Source of the DNA: Eledone cirrhosa
Lineage: Eukaryota
Assembly: GCA_964016885.1 (NCBI GenBank)
Contig: OZ024755.1
Span: 19,220,001-19,284,000 of the forward strand
Reading direction: 5' to 3'
DNA: 64,000 nt
A program made the translations under genes and the position numbers. The notes under the pieces were generated by a model. That model was not told the origin of the DNA and searched no databases. It saw only the letters and a list, made by a program, of their open reading frames with translations. This document shows positions 63,790 through 64,000 of the stretch, in pieces. Each line of letters begins with the position of its first letter. Position 1 is the first letter of the stretch.

Positions 63790-64000
63790 ATATATATATA
63801 TACATACATATGCAAGCATGAGAAAATGGACGGAAAAGGATGATGATATATATATATATATCATGGTTTTATATATATATATATATATACATACATATGC
63901 AAGCATGAGAAAATGGACGGAAAAGGATGATGATATATATATATATCATGGTTTTATATATATATATATATACATACATATGCAAGCATGAGAAAATGGA
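63790..64000. repeat. Tandem ~80-bp repeat built from a SINE-B tail and (TA)n, truncated by the window end
   Basis: CATACATATGCAAGCATGAGAAAATGGACGGAAAAGGATGATGAT occurs three times (last copy partial). Confidence 0.8.

Overview
Eukaryotic, AT-rich, repeat-dense genomic DNA with very abundant (TA)n/(CA)n/(GA)n/(GAT)n microsatellites and two tRNA-derived SINE families. The repeat landscape suggests a coleoid cephalopod such as Octopus (inference). One protein-coding gene is well supported: a minus-strand TGF-beta/BMP type I receptor of the ALK1/ALK2 (ACVR1/saxophone) subfamily. Seven exons join in frame by GT-AG splicing (34246 to stop at 25198), plus a probable signal-peptide exon at 41591-41729. 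Its GS helix carries Ser at the normally invariant Arg equivalent to human R202. The main unexplained signal is a dispersed set of at least 10 minimal type-I hammerhead-ribozyme folds (CUGANGA - stem II - GAAA - tiny, mostly palindromic stem III - UH), plus degenerate copies. Most sit in short, often fold-back elements inserted in (TA)n tracts, resembling Penelope-like pseudo-LTR or retrozyme derivatives, and several lie sense to the receptor pre-mRNA. Also present: LINE fragments (RTE, CR1/L2, Tx1/L1 and CRE-like), hAT and piggyBac-type MITEs with intact TSDs, and large minisatellites that visibly arose inside a SINE (20-bp and 48-bp units) or a probable decayed hAT transposase (70-bp unit x37). 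All long ORFs in the supplied track other than the receptor exons are low-complexity artefacts. No database searches or folding programs were run.
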